Assembly (NCBI GenBank): GCA_965248695.1
Contig: CBDFKD010000002.1
Location: 4,576,001-4,640,000 of the forward strand
Length of the DNA stretch: 64,000 nucleotides
Source: Acidobacteriota bacterium
GTDB taxonomy: Bacteria > Acidobacteriota > UBA890 > WLXD01
Direction: 5' to 3'
Position numbers and translations under genes: made by a program. The notes beneath the pieces were generated by a model, which saw only the letters and a list, made by a program, of their open reading frames with translations, was not told where the DNA came from and made no database searches. Shown here piece after piece: positions 31,018 through 40,528 of this stretch (position 1 is the first letter of the stretch; every line of letters begins with the position of its first letter).

Positions 31018-32621
31018 CTCCGAGCACGCTTCGTTGCCGGCCGCATCGACGGCGCAGACGCTGTAAACGGTCGCCGCTGAGCTCGGCGCAGGTATCTCCG
31101 CGAACCACAGATACTCGCCGTACCAGGTCATCGGAGTCTCACGGGTGGTGCCGGATTCCGACCACCGCACTGCCACCGACTGCCAATCGTGCGGCATCGT
31201 GGGGCTCTTGCGATCGTGGATCCGGGCCCGGAGTCTGAGAACTGCGTCTTGCTGTTGAGCCATCTCGACGCTCCCGATGACCGGTGGCGCCGTATCGGGA
31301 TCCAGACCACTTCCCAGAAAGATCCTCTCCTCGACAGCTGCGGGATTCTCTCCCTGGCCCTGGACCACATCGAGCCGGTTGTCACCGTCCAGGTCCGCCA
31401 GCAGGAGCGATAGCGTGCCGGCGGTCTCAGGTCCGGAGAAGACCTCATCCGCCATCATGAAGCGTCCGGTGCCATCGTTGATCAGCAGACGATCGGCGCC
31501 GGTGAGCGACCCGACGACGAAATCAGCGTCGCCATCGGAGTCGTAGTCGATGAACACGGCGTTGTTGTCGTCTTCGCCAACGTTCTCGCTGTCTGGCCAC
31601 AGCGTCGAGGTGGCATCCACGAAGGCCCTGCCGGCGTCGTTCCGGAAGACATGCTGACGGCGCATCATGTTGATCTCGCCGACGATCTCGCCGTCGTTGA
31701 TGGTGACCAGATCGAGGAAGCCGTCGCCGTCGACGTCCATGGGCTCGAGCTCGTAGTTGTTGGAGTGCCGCGGCAGCCCGACGAGAAGCTCCTCGAAGTA
31801 CCCGCTGCCGTCATTCACGAAAAGGCTGCCACCGTAGCAACGCTTGCATGATACGGCGATGTCGAGGTCGAAGTCGTTGTCGAAGTCCAGGAACTCCAGA
31901 TCCCAGGAGAAGCCGAGCAGCGTATCCGGCATGCGGGATTCCGTTGCGTCGACGAAGTGGCCGTCGCCCTCGTTGAGCCATAGACGTGTGCGGCCGCCCA
32001 AGTTGCTCATGTTGTTGCCGGGCCCCCAGTCGGCCAGGACCACGTCGAGGTCGCCGTCGCCGTTTGCGTCGCCGAGCTCGAGGTCGCCGACGCTGGTAGG
32101 CCCCTGCGGTAGGTGCGTTGCCGTCACCTCCCGGAAGGTCGCCTGCGGACCGCCCAGGTACAGGCGACTTTGGCTCTGGAATGTCGTGCCGACCAGGATG
32201 TCCGCCAAACCGTCGCGGTTGATGTCGCGGACCTTGATCACACGCGCATGGTCTGCCCGCGGGCCGAATACCTGCTCCGTGGCCTCCTCGAACATCTGGT
32301 CGGGTCCGCGGTTGAGGAATACCCGGTTCGGCTCGGGCTCTCCGGGCTCCGAATAATCGCAAACAGGATGTCCACCCGACCGTCGCCGTCGACATCGGCG
32401 AGCTCGACACGATTCGTCCACTCGGCCGTTGGCGGCAAGAACCTGTCTGTCGCTTCAACCCACAGCGCTCGTGGCAAGCCGTCGTTGGGGCTCGATTCGG
32501 AAGGTGGCTGGCGATCCGCGCCACCGCAGCCGACCATCGAGCCGGTGCACAGAAGGGCGAGGAGCCAGGCGGTGAAGCCTGGCCCTGCTATCGCCTGACG
32601 AGCTACTCCGGCGTCCCGCAT
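31000..32621 (-). CDS. FG-GAP/VCBS repeat lipoprotein, frameshifted near 32358
   Basis: Repeated 'D.DGDGDLD' and 'L.LN.G.G.F'. The N-terminal lipobox (MVGC) is in ORF 32238-32621 and joins ORF 31000-32421 at 'ILFA|DYSEPG'. Confidence 0.7.
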
Positions 32622-34162
32622 GCGAAGCTTGCGGCGTCGTCGGGGTCACCGCCGCCGTTGTAGACGGCGACCTGCGGATAGGCGCACAGCGGTCTGGACA
32701 GTGTCATCTGGCCCTCGGCGTTGAACTTCTGGGCCAGCAGCTGTTCCGGTGCCTGTCCGTCCTCCACCCATGAGGTGATCGCCGACAGGTAGTCGACTTG
32801 ATCCGGCCCCGGACCAGCACCGCAGTGCAGTACGCCTGGGGCGAGGAACAAACGTGAGTAGTCCCGCACGTGCGGATCGCCGGCCTGGACGGCCTCGTAG
32901 TAGCCGATCGTCCCCAGGGCGGTGAGCGCCGGGTCCGACCAGCCGTGCCAGAAGAGCAGCTTACCGCCGGAGTCACGGAGTCCGCTCAGATCCGTCTCGA
33001 GGGCGCTCAGGAGCTGGTCGGCGGCGGCGATGTCATGGTCCCAGTTGGCGAAGTCGTAGTCGCTGTAGTCGAAATCCGGGTCGTCGAAGATCAAGTACTT
33101 GAACATCTCGGTGCCGAAGGCCCAGTGCAGGTTGGGAACCCCGGGGCCGAGGGCGTCCTGGCCACCGGTGATCCAGGTGTCCCAGCCGCCGCGGTCGTTC
33201 TCGCCGCCGAACGGGAATCCGGGAAAGACCTGTTGCCCGTCGACGACGGGTCCGTCGTAGATCGCCTGCACCGCGTCGAGCTGTGCCTCGGTGAGGCAGG
33301 ACGAATCCGCAGGTCCGGAGCACTGCAGCTCGGCGGGATCGAAATCGCAGGAGCGCGGATCGGTGAGCACGCCGTCTTCGACGCCGTCGGCAGCGTCGCA
33401 ACGGCCGAGGGTCTCTCGCTCCAGGAGCGCGCGATTCTCGTCCGTGATGACGGGCTCCGAGAGATTCTCGGCGTCTGGGAAGACGCGTTGCTCGATTTGC
33501 ACGAACTGCGTCCCGACTCGGGGCCAGCTGAATGCCGGAGCCCTGGCGACGATACCGTCGTAGTCATCCGGGTACCGCTGCGCCTCGATCATCGCCTGGC
33601 CGCCACCGCGCGAGCAGCCGATGAAGTAGGAGTACTCGATCGGTGCAGCGTAGTAGTCCTCGATGATCTCCTTGGCCGCCTCGGTGGTTCGGTGAACCGC
33701 CCGGTGGGCGAAGTTGATCTCGGCCTCGTCGTCGTCGAGAGCCCAACTGGCGTCGATACCGGTACCGGTGTGGCCGGTGTCGGTGCCGACGGTGGCGAAG
33801 CCGCGCTCCAGGGCGTTGCCACCCGGCGACGGTTCCAGCGCCGAGTTCTGCACCGAACCGACGAATCCGCCACCGCCGCCCATCACGAAGCGCTCGTTCC
33901 AGTGCGCGGCGGTCGGCAGCAGGAGCTCGAATCCGATCGTCCCGTCGATCGTTCCGGCAACCTTGCAGTGCTCCACCGGGTTGCTGGCGCTCGTAGCCTC
34001 CTCGACGCTGTCGACCGCGATACCGTCGCCGGCCCAGGCACTGAGATCCGAGCACGCCAGGGGAGGAGCTGTTCTTGTGGCGGTTCCACAAGCGGCAAGG
34101 ATGACGATCAGCGGTACTATGACCGCCCTCGCCAATGGGGTGCGTCCCGGTTGGCTGATCAT
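32603..34162 (-). CDS. Tannase/feruloyl esterase family lipoprotein
   Basis: Lipobox LAAC; 'GGGGF.G', 'TDTGH', 'GCSRGG' nucleophile, 'HGWSD', 'PGVLHC', 'RPLCAYP'. Confidence 0.92.
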   Translation of the reverse strand: MISQPGRTPLARAVIVPLIVILAACGTATRTAPPLACSDLSAWAGDGIAVDSVEEATSASNPVEHCKVAGTIDGTIGFELLLPTAAHWNERFVMGGGGGFVGSVQNSALEPSPGGNALERGFATVGTDTGHTGTGIDASWALDDDEAEINFAHRAVHRTTEAAKEIIEDYYAAPIEYSYFIGCSRGGGQAMIEAQRYPDDYDGIVARAPAFSWPRVGTQFVQIEQRVFPDAENLSEPVITDENRALLERETLGRCDAADGVEDGVLTDPRSCDFDPAELQCSGPADSSCLTEAQLDAVQAIYDGPVVDGQQVFPGFPFGGENDRGGWDTWITGGQDALGPGVPNLHWAFGTEMFKYLIFDDPDFDYSDYDFANWDHDIAAADQLLSALETDLSGLRDSGGKLLFWHGWSDPALTALGTIGYYEAVQAGDPHVRDYSRLFLAPGVLHCGAGPGPDQVDYLSAITSWVEDGQAPEQLLAQKFNAEGQMTLSRPLCAYPQVAVYNGGGDPDDAASFACGTPE

Positions 34163-34719
34163 GAGGTCTCCGATGTGCTGCCGGAAGCGTCGCTAGCGGT
34201 CCGCTTCCATACCAGCACGCTCACCGAACCGCCGGTAGTGTCCGGATCGGGAGCGGTGCTCAGGGTGATCAGGTCAGGGCCGTTGAACTCGAACGCCCGC
34301 GGGCGCCGTGATCCCACCCAGCGTGGCAGCAGCGCCCCCTCGACATGGTGGGTCACGACGTTCTGTTCCAGATCCACCGTGTAGGTGCCGTAGTACGAGA
34401 AAAAGCCTCCGAGGACATCCTGGGCTGTGAGCGATTCTTGGTCGGCAAACTCTCGACCGGGCCGCATCAGCTGAGCCGACATGCGTCCATCGGCGGTGTA
34501 CACGATCTGACCCGCTGCGTCCGGCCCGTAGGGATGGGTCACTGTGCCATCGGCGGCGGTGCGCTCCCAGGAGACCAGAGTCCAGGCTCCGACGAGTGGA
34601 TCAGTGCTCCTGGCCGGCGGCGGTGCCTCTGCGGTCGTGCAGGCGGTCATGGAGGCGACGAGCGCGACTACGAGGGTCGCGTGTTGCAGTGCGGGCCGGA
34701 CATGGGGACCAAAGCGCAT
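34159..34719 (-). CDS. Lipocalin-like domain lipoprotein
   Basis: Lipobox MTAC; 'LVGAWTLVSW', 'G.IVYTADGRMSAQL', 'SYYGTY'; ATGA overlap with the tannase gene. Confidence 0.8.
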   Translation of the reverse strand: MRFGPHVRPALQHATLVVALVASMTACTTAEAPPPARSTDPLVGAWTLVSWERTAADGTVTHPYGPDAAGQIVYTADGRMSAQLMRPGREFADQESLTAQDVLGGFFSYYGTYTVDLEQNVVTHHVEGALLPRWVGSRRPRAFEFNGPDLITLSTAPDPDTTGGSVSVLVWKRTASDASGSTSETS

Positions 34720-34804
34720 CGGCTTCTCCAGGTCGAAGGGTGCCCGAGGATGTTCCACCGGTCGGTGCGCGGTCAACGGATGCACCCGGATCGGCTCCCA
34801 CCCG

Positions 34805-36106
34805 TCAGGCCGGCTCGAGCCCACACCATTCGGCGATGAACAGCGCGATCGTGCCGGTGATCTGTCGTGCCGACGCCAGGCTGACGCGTTCATCGAACGC
34901 GTGGATGTTCTCGGAACGCGGACCGTAGACCAGACACGGGCAATCGTCATAGAGCACGAACACACGCCCGTCGAGGTAGCCGGGTGTGACGACGCTCTCC
35001 AATGCCGCCCCGAAGGCCCTGAGATGCGCGCCCGCCAGGGTCCGTTCGGCATCGGAGCCTTCGTCCAGCACATAGCCCTCGGCGAGGAATCCGTTGAATT
35101 CGACCTCGGGCACGTTGCTGGCAAGAAACGGGTCGTCGCGTGCCGCGACCGCGACCGCTTCCTCGATCTCGCGCGCAGCCTCGTGCGGGTTCGTGCCGGG
35201 GAAGATCGCGATGCGGCAATCGAACTCGCACCACGCCGGTACCGACGAGGCCCAATCGCCGCCACGGATCTTGCCGACGTTGAAGTTGATCGGGTGTTCC
35301 AACTCCTCGAAGTGCCGACGACCGGTCTTGCGGGTGTTCCACTTCGCCTCGAGCTCGCGCAACGCCCGGATCAGTCGGAACGACGCCTCGATCGCGTTCG
35401 TGCCGCTGCCGGCATCGCGGACGTGCACCGGGCGCCCGCGTACGGTCACCCGGAACCAGATCACACCGACGTTGGCGCGTACCAGCTTGTCGTCCTCCGG
35501 CTCGGGAATGATCGCGGCTTCGGCTCGGTATCCTCGTACCAGCGCCGACAGGGCGCCGTTGCCGGTGCACTCCTCTTCGGTGACCGACTGGACGTGGACG
35601 GTGGCGGCTGGCTTGTAGCCGAGAGCCCGCAGCGCGTCGAGCGCGCCGATGTTCGCCGCCAGCCCCGCCTTCATGTCGGCCCCGCCGCGACCGTAGAGCC
35701 AGTCGCCGTCGATCCAGGGGTCGAACGGTGGCCGCGTCCACATCTCGGTCGGTCCGGTGGGCACAACGTCGACGTGACCGTTGAGAATCAGCGAGCGTCC
35801 GGTCTCGGCTCTCGGTTCATGTGTTCCCACCACGTTGATGGCGTTGTCGTAGTCGACCTTGACGGGGGAGAAACCCGGATGCTGCTCGATGTCGGCGACA
35901 TCGATCGCCCAGCGGTCCATGGTCAGCCCGCGCTCGCTAAGTTCCCGGAAGATGAAGTCCTGGCAGGTGTGCTCCAGGCCGCGCAACGACGGGTAGCGGA
36001 TCAGGTCCTGTGTCAGCGCGGTCTGGGCCTCGAAGCCGGCGTCGACGGCGACGAGGATATCGTCGGCGAGTTGGTCGTCGATACTCGAGGGAGTCGCGTC
36101 GCTCAA
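34805..36106 (-). CDS. ArgE/DapE family (M20) deacylase
   Basis: 'ILNGHVDVVP', 'LYGRGGADMKAG', 'TEEE', 'PEP', 'H.FDE'; likely TTG start at 36106. Confidence 0.9.
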   Translation of the reverse strand: MSDATPSSIDDQLADDILVAVDAGFEAQTALTQDLIRYPSLRGLEHTCQDFIFRELSERGLTMDRWAIDVADIEQHPGFSPVKVDYDNAINVVGTHEPRAETGRSLILNGHVDVVPTGPTEMWTRPPFDPWIDGDWLYGRGGADMKAGLAANIGALDALRALGYKPAATVHVQSVTEEECTGNGALSALVRGYRAEAAIIPEPEDDKLVRANVGVIWFRVTVRGRPVHVRDAGSGTNAIEASFRLIRALRELEAKWNTRKTGRRHFEELEHPINFNVGKIRGGDWASSVPAWCEFDCRIAIFPGTNPHEAAREIEEAVAVAARDDPFLASNVPEVEFNGFLAEGYVLDEGSDAERTLAGAHLRAFGAALESVVTPGYLDGRVFVLYDDCPCLVYGPRSENIHAFDERVSLASARQITGTIALFIAEWCGLEPA

Positions 36107-36128
36107 TGTGCATCCTTCCTCGGGCCCC

Positions 36129-37136
36129 TCATGACAAGTCCCGCCTGACCGGCAGCGTGATACAGCGAATGGCCCCGCCCCAGAAGCCGATCGCATCGCA
36201 TGGGGTCGGAATCGGCTCGATACCGTGGCTGTCGAGCGCCTCCATGATGCGACCGAAGCGCGGGTTGATCATGTAGTGGCTGTCGTCGAGGCTGACGCCG
36301 ACGGTAGCGTGGCCGTCCATCTCCTCCCGCGTGATCTCCAGCACGTCCCAATCCTTCAGCGGTTGCGGTAGGCCCTCCGCGAGGGCTGGCAGATGGGCCA
36401 TCAATAAGCCCTCCCGCAGCAGACACATGACGCCGAGCGCATGCAGTATCGGGCCCTTGATTGGCATGGGGTGAACGGTGTACCCGAAGCGCCCCAGGTA
36501 GCGGCCGAGCCACGCCCCGCCGGCGCGGTCGGAGCACAGATCGCCGACGCCGACTACGACATCCTGGCCGTGGATCAGGATGTCGCCGCCCTCCAAGAAC
36601 GGCCCCGGCCCCTCGTCGGACGGCGTCCACGGGCCCGACTGCGGCATCGCGACATAGTGCGCCTCCGGGTCCGCCTCGATCATCGGCAAGATCAAGTCGC
36701 GGAGGGGAAAGATCTCCTTGCGCCGATAGGCGCGTCGGATCGAAACCTCGATGTAGTGCTTACCGAGGACGAACACCGGGTCGGCGACGTAGAGCTGCGA
36801 ATGGCCAGGCTGCAGTTGGTCGAGGTAGCTCGTCTCTTCCGGTGTGTAGGGCCGTACGCGATGGACGATCACTCCGAAGCGCTCGTAGGTCGCGGCGATG
36901 CCCTCCATCTGCTCGACGGTCGTCTGCCAGCGTCCGGGAAAGGTCGCCTTGATGTCGAGCGGCTGACCGCCGTTGGCGATCAGGGCCGCTCGCAGCTCCT
37001 CGTTGTAATGGCTGAGGTCCTTGGAGAACGGCGGCAGGGTCAATCCGTCGGCACGACCGACCACGACCTCGCGCAGCTTGCCGAACTCGCTGTGGGAGCC
37101 GAAGAGCTGTTCCTGCGAGTCAGCGCCTGGTGTCAT
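36129..37136 (-). CDS. Amidinotransferase / arginine deiminase superfamily (pentein) enzyme
   Basis: 'SEFGKLREVVVG', 'DP', 'LEGGD', 'H', C-terminal 'GGAIRCITLP' with the catalytic Cys. Confidence 0.85.
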   Translation of the reverse strand: MTPGADSQEQLFGSHSEFGKLREVVVGRADGLTLPPFSKDLSHYNEELRAALIANGGQPLDIKATFPGRWQTTVEQMEGIAATYERFGVIVHRVRPYTPEETSYLDQLQPGHSQLYVADPVFVLGKHYIEVSIRRAYRRKEIFPLRDLILPMIEADPEAHYVAMPQSGPWTPSDEGPGPFLEGGDILIHGQDVVVGVGDLCSDRAGGAWLGRYLGRFGYTVHPMPIKGPILHALGVMCLLREGLLMAHLPALAEGLPQPLKDWDVLEITREEMDGHATVGVSLDDSHYMINPRFGRIMEALDSHGIEPIPTPCDAIGFWGGAIRCITLPVRRDLS

Positions 37137-37150
37137 GCGGTCTCCGTGAT

Positions 37151-37170
37151 CATCTGTTACAGGCCACTAG
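37151..37170. repeat. Dispersed CTAG-anchored motif, copy 3
   Basis: CATCTGTTACAGGCCACTAG, 14 nt upstream of the amidinotransferase start. Confidence 0.65.
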
Positions 37171-37352
37171 CCAGGCAAATGAACGCCATCAGGACGGTGG
37201 GCGCAAGTGCCACACATCGTCGCGGTTCGGGGTAAGATCGGCGGCCACCCTACGGTTTAGCCATCGGGGATACTACAGCCAGGACGATCTTCATCGATGC
37301 GCACGAGACTCAGACAACCGATTGCGTTGCTGGCGCTGGTCGCGCTGCTTCC

Positions 37353-37796
37353 GTGGAGTTGACCAAGAACCGCGCCTATAGAACGGTGCCGATATCGCCG
37401 GCAGTGCTCGCACGTCTACGCCACCATCGCGCCGAGCAGGAGCGTGCCGCGTTGCGAGTCGGCGGCAAGCCTCCTGAGTGGGTATTCGCCACCTCTCGCG
37501 GCAACCCCATCGGTACGGGGCAGTACCGATGGGAGATTTGGAAGAAGCGCCTCTTACGACGCTCGGGCGTACCGGACTACGGACTGCACGGGTTTCGGCA
37601 TACGTGGGCGAGCCATGCGCTCAAATCCATGAACCGGGGGGAAGTGTCACGTCGGCCGGGCCATTCGGAGGCCAAGACAACCGAGCTGTACAGCCACTTC
37701 ATCGAGGATGCAACCACGTCGGTGCCGTTCAGTCCGCTGGCCGATTCTGGGGCCAATCTGCACCCCCCGCGCACCCAGTCGAAAATCGAGGATTAG
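37353..37796 (+). pseudogene. C-terminal fragment of a phage-type tyrosine integrase
   Basis: 'TKN...RTVPI', 'LHGFRHTWAS', 'GHS...TT.LYSH' present; the N-terminal domains and first catalytic Arg are absent. Confidence 0.8.
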
Positions 37797-37855
37797 TAAT
37801 CCTAGTAGAATCAGCATGATAGAAGAATTTCCATCACTACGGCGGATAGACACGC

Positions 37856-39079
37856 ATGAAGCTCGACGAAAGCGAGCTCATATACGACTGGAACCGGACA
37901 CAGGACCGGGCGCCGGCGGGTGCGGTCGAGTTCAACGACGAGACCCTGCGCGATGGATTGCAGTCGCCGTCGGTCATCGATCCGGCGATCGACACGAAGC
38001 TCCGGATCTTGCATTTGATCGCCAGCCTCGGGATCCGCGGTGCCAACCTCGGGCTGCCGGCCGCTTCGCAACGGCAGCGCGACGACGTCAAGCGCCTGGC
38101 GCAGGAGATCCGCGATCAGCGCCTGGAGGTGCAGCCGAACTGCGCCGCGCGCACCGCGATTGTCGACATCGAGCCGATCTGCGACATCGCCGACGAGGTC
38201 GGTATTCCCATCGAAGTAGCTTGCTTCATCGGCTCCAGCCCGATCCGGCAGTTCGCCGAGGATTGGGGGCTGGACCGCATGCTGGAGCGCACTGCTGAGG
38301 CGGTCGGCTACGCCACCGGCAGGGGACAGCCAGTGATGTACGTCACCGAGGACACCACCAGGTCGCACCCGGAAGCGATTCGGGCGCTTTACACGGCGGC
38401 GATCGAACACGGCGCCAGGCGGATCTGCGTCTGCGACACCGTGGGGCACGTGACGCCGCGTGGAGTGAAGGCGTTGCTGCAGTTCGTCCGGCAGGTCGTC
38501 GACGACACCGGTGAGGCAGTACAGGTTGACTGGCACGGTCACCGCGACCGAGCGCTGGACGTGGCCAACACCATGGCGGCGATCGAGGCCGGTGCGGATC
38601 GGGTTCACGGCACGGCACTGGGGATCGGTGAGCGCTCGGGCAACACGCCCATGGACCTGGTGCTGGTGAACTGTGCCCTCGAAGGCCTCATCGACAACGA
38701 TCTCTCCACGCTCGGCAAGTACTGTGAGCTCGTGTCCAAGGCGACCGGCCGGCCGATCCCGGACAACTACCCGGTGGTCGGGCCCGATGCGTTCCGCACC
38801 GCCACCGGGGTACACGCTTCGGCGGTGATCAAGGCGCAAGCGAAGGGCGATGCGTGGCTCGCCGACCGTGTCTATTCAGGCGTCCCGGCAAGCCTGGTGG
38901 GGCGGCGGCAGCAGATCGACATCGGCCCGATGAGCGGCGCTTCGAACGCCGTTTGCTGGCTCAAGCACTTCCACATCGATCCCACCGAGGAGCGCGTCGC
39001 CGCGCTGATCGAGGCGGCGAAGGAATCTGATCACGTGCTGTCGCAGGACGAGATCCTCGGCGTCCTGGCGAGCTGCTGA
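37856..39079 (+). CDS. leuA: LeuA-family (DRE-TIM) synthase, 2-isopropylmalate synthase-like, without regulatory domain
   Basis: 'DETLRDGLQ', 'EDTTR', 'CDTVG', 'HGHRD', 'GIGERSGN', 'AF....GVH'; exact substrate not determinable. Confidence 0.75.
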   Translation: MKLDESELIYDWNRTQDRAPAGAVEFNDETLRDGLQSPSVIDPAIDTKLRILHLIASLGIRGANLGLPAASQRQRDDVKRLAQEIRDQRLEVQPNCAARTAIVDIEPICDIADEVGIPIEVACFIGSSPIRQFAEDWGLDRMLERTAEAVGYATGRGQPVMYVTEDTTRSHPEAIRALYTAAIEHGARRICVCDTVGHVTPRGVKALLQFVRQVVDDTGEAVQVDWHGHRDRALDVANTMAAIEAGADRVHGTALGIGERSGNTPMDLVLVNCALEGLIDNDLSTLGKYCELVSKATGRPIPDNYPVVGPDAFRTATGVHASAVIKAQAKGDAWLADRVYSGVPASLVGRRQQIDIGPMSGASNAVCWLKHFHIDPTEERVAALIEAAKESDHVLSQDEILGVLASC

Positions 39080-39084
39080 GGTAG

Positions 39085-40119
39085 TCAGAAGCTCAGATCG
39101 ATGGTCACCGGGATCAGGGTGAACGAGCTCACGAAGACGAGGAACGCCAGCACCAGCAGCAGCGACCGCGTCAAGCCGAGGGTCCCCTCGAAGCTCAACG
39201 GGCGCGGATGATGCGTTCCCAGCACGAACAACACCAGGAACGCGAACACCAACCAACCACTGAAGTAGCGGAAACCGGCGAACACCATCGCCACCACCAC
39301 GAGCAGCGATATTGCCCGGTGTAGGCGGGGCGTGATCGCATACAGCAGGTGTCCACCGTCCAGCTGACCTACAGGCAGCAGGTTCATGGCGGTCACCAGC
39401 AACGCGAACCAGCCAACGAACGCCAACGGGTGCGCCAGCAGAGTCTGCGCCGGGCCCAGCGGTGGCGCAAATAGGATGCTCAGCGGGGCCCAGATCAGCG
39501 GTTCCCCCATCGAGATCGTTCCGGCGCCGAGATCCTGCAGGTCCACCACCCGTGATTGCGCCAGCCCCACTGCCAGAATAGGCAGCGCCGCGGCGAAGCC
39601 GGCGAGCGGTCCGGCGATGGCTACGTCGAACAGCGCCCGGCGACTCTTGATCGGCGCCACGATCCTGATAACTGCGCCCATCGTTCCGGGGAGCAGCACC
39701 AGCCCGGGGACGGGCGGAATGGGAATGAAGTAGGGCAGGGTGGCGGCTATGCCGTAGTACCGACAGGCCAGGTAGTGCCCCATCTCGTGCGCCAGCAGGA
39801 ACGCGACAACGGCGAGGCCGTACGGCAGACCTGCGAGCCAGAGCAAGGGCTCAGAGAAGGGATTGAGGGTGATCAGATCGTCCAGATAGTAGGCCTGATA
39901 CTGGATGAATCCCCAGTAGCTGGTTGTCAGGATGGTGAGAACGAACAGCACCGTATGACGCCGGCTGCGCACCGGCCACAGGGGAGCAAGCTCGCCTTCC
40001 TGAGCGGTGCTCGCACCGTACGGGCTCGCTGCGATCGATGCGTGAGGAGCTTCGGGCGGTGGCCAGTCGGAGGAGGGCCAGGGGCCCGAGGACGGAGAGG
40101 AGGTGTCGTCGAGGCTCAT
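39085..40119 (-). CDS. Site-2 protease (M50) family protein
   Basis: 'HEMGH', 'AGPLAG', 'NLLPVGQLDGGH'. Confidence 0.92.
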   Translation of the reverse strand: MSLDDTSSPSSGPWPSSDWPPPEAPHASIAASPYGASTAQEGELAPLWPVRSRRHTVLFVLTILTTSYWGFIQYQAYYLDDLITLNPFSEPLLWLAGLPYGLAVVAFLLAHEMGHYLACRYYGIAATLPYFIPIPPVPGLVLLPGTMGAVIRIVAPIKSRRALFDVAIAGPLAGFAAALPILAVGLAQSRVVDLQDLGAGTISMGEPLIWAPLSILFAPPLGPAQTLLAHPLAFVGWFALLVTAMNLLPVGQLDGGHLLYAITPRLHRAISLLVVVAMVFAGFRYFSGWLVFAFLVLFVLGTHHPRPLSFEGTLGLTRSLLLVLAFLVFVSSFTLIPVTIDLSF

Positions 40120-40150
40120 CTAGCGGATAACCCGGTGCAGGGGGCGCGAG

Positions 40151-40429
40151 TCAGAGGTCGGCGGGGAGGTTCGAGAGGTGCTTTCCGGGCTTGAAGCGTG
40201 TCGTCTTGCCGGAGGGGATGGCGACCTCTTCGCCGGTCCGCGGGTTGCGCCCGATACCGCTCTTGCGCGGCCGCACATCGAACACCCCGAATCCACGCAG
40301 CTCGATCCGTTCGCCGCGGGCGAGCGCGTCCTTCACTGTCTGCAGGATGCGGTCGACAGCGCGCTCGGCCTGGATCTTGGGGATGCCGGTAGCGGCGGCA
40401 ACGCGCTCGACGATATCTGCCTTGATCAT
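40151..40429 (-). CDS. HU/IHF-beta family DNA-binding protein
   Basis: 'MIKADIV', 'GERIELRGFGVF', 'GRNPRTGE', 'FKPGK'. Confidence 0.92.
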   Translation of the reverse strand: MIKADIVERVAAATGIPKIQAERAVDRILQTVKDALARGERIELRGFGVFDVRPRKSGIGRNPRTGEEVAIPSGKTTRFKPGKHLSNLPADL

Positions 40430-40528
40430 GCAGCGTTCGGGGTCGAGTGGAGCGTTTCGAGTGAAGGAAGTCGAAGCTTAGCATAGTCTTTACGGCCTGC
40501 TGCGGACGCCGCTCCCGAGCCCCGGACC

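Noticed and set aside
34720-35265. N-terminal extension of ORF 34159-35265
   Set aside because: It overlaps the ArgE gene in another frame; the lipocalin signal peptide starts at ATG 34719.
32870-36148. Long antisense ORFs (e.g. 32870-34384, 34544-36148; also 10232-11497, 13164-14519)
   Set aside because: Shadow frames of real opposite-strand genes in high-GC DNA, with no recognisable motifs.
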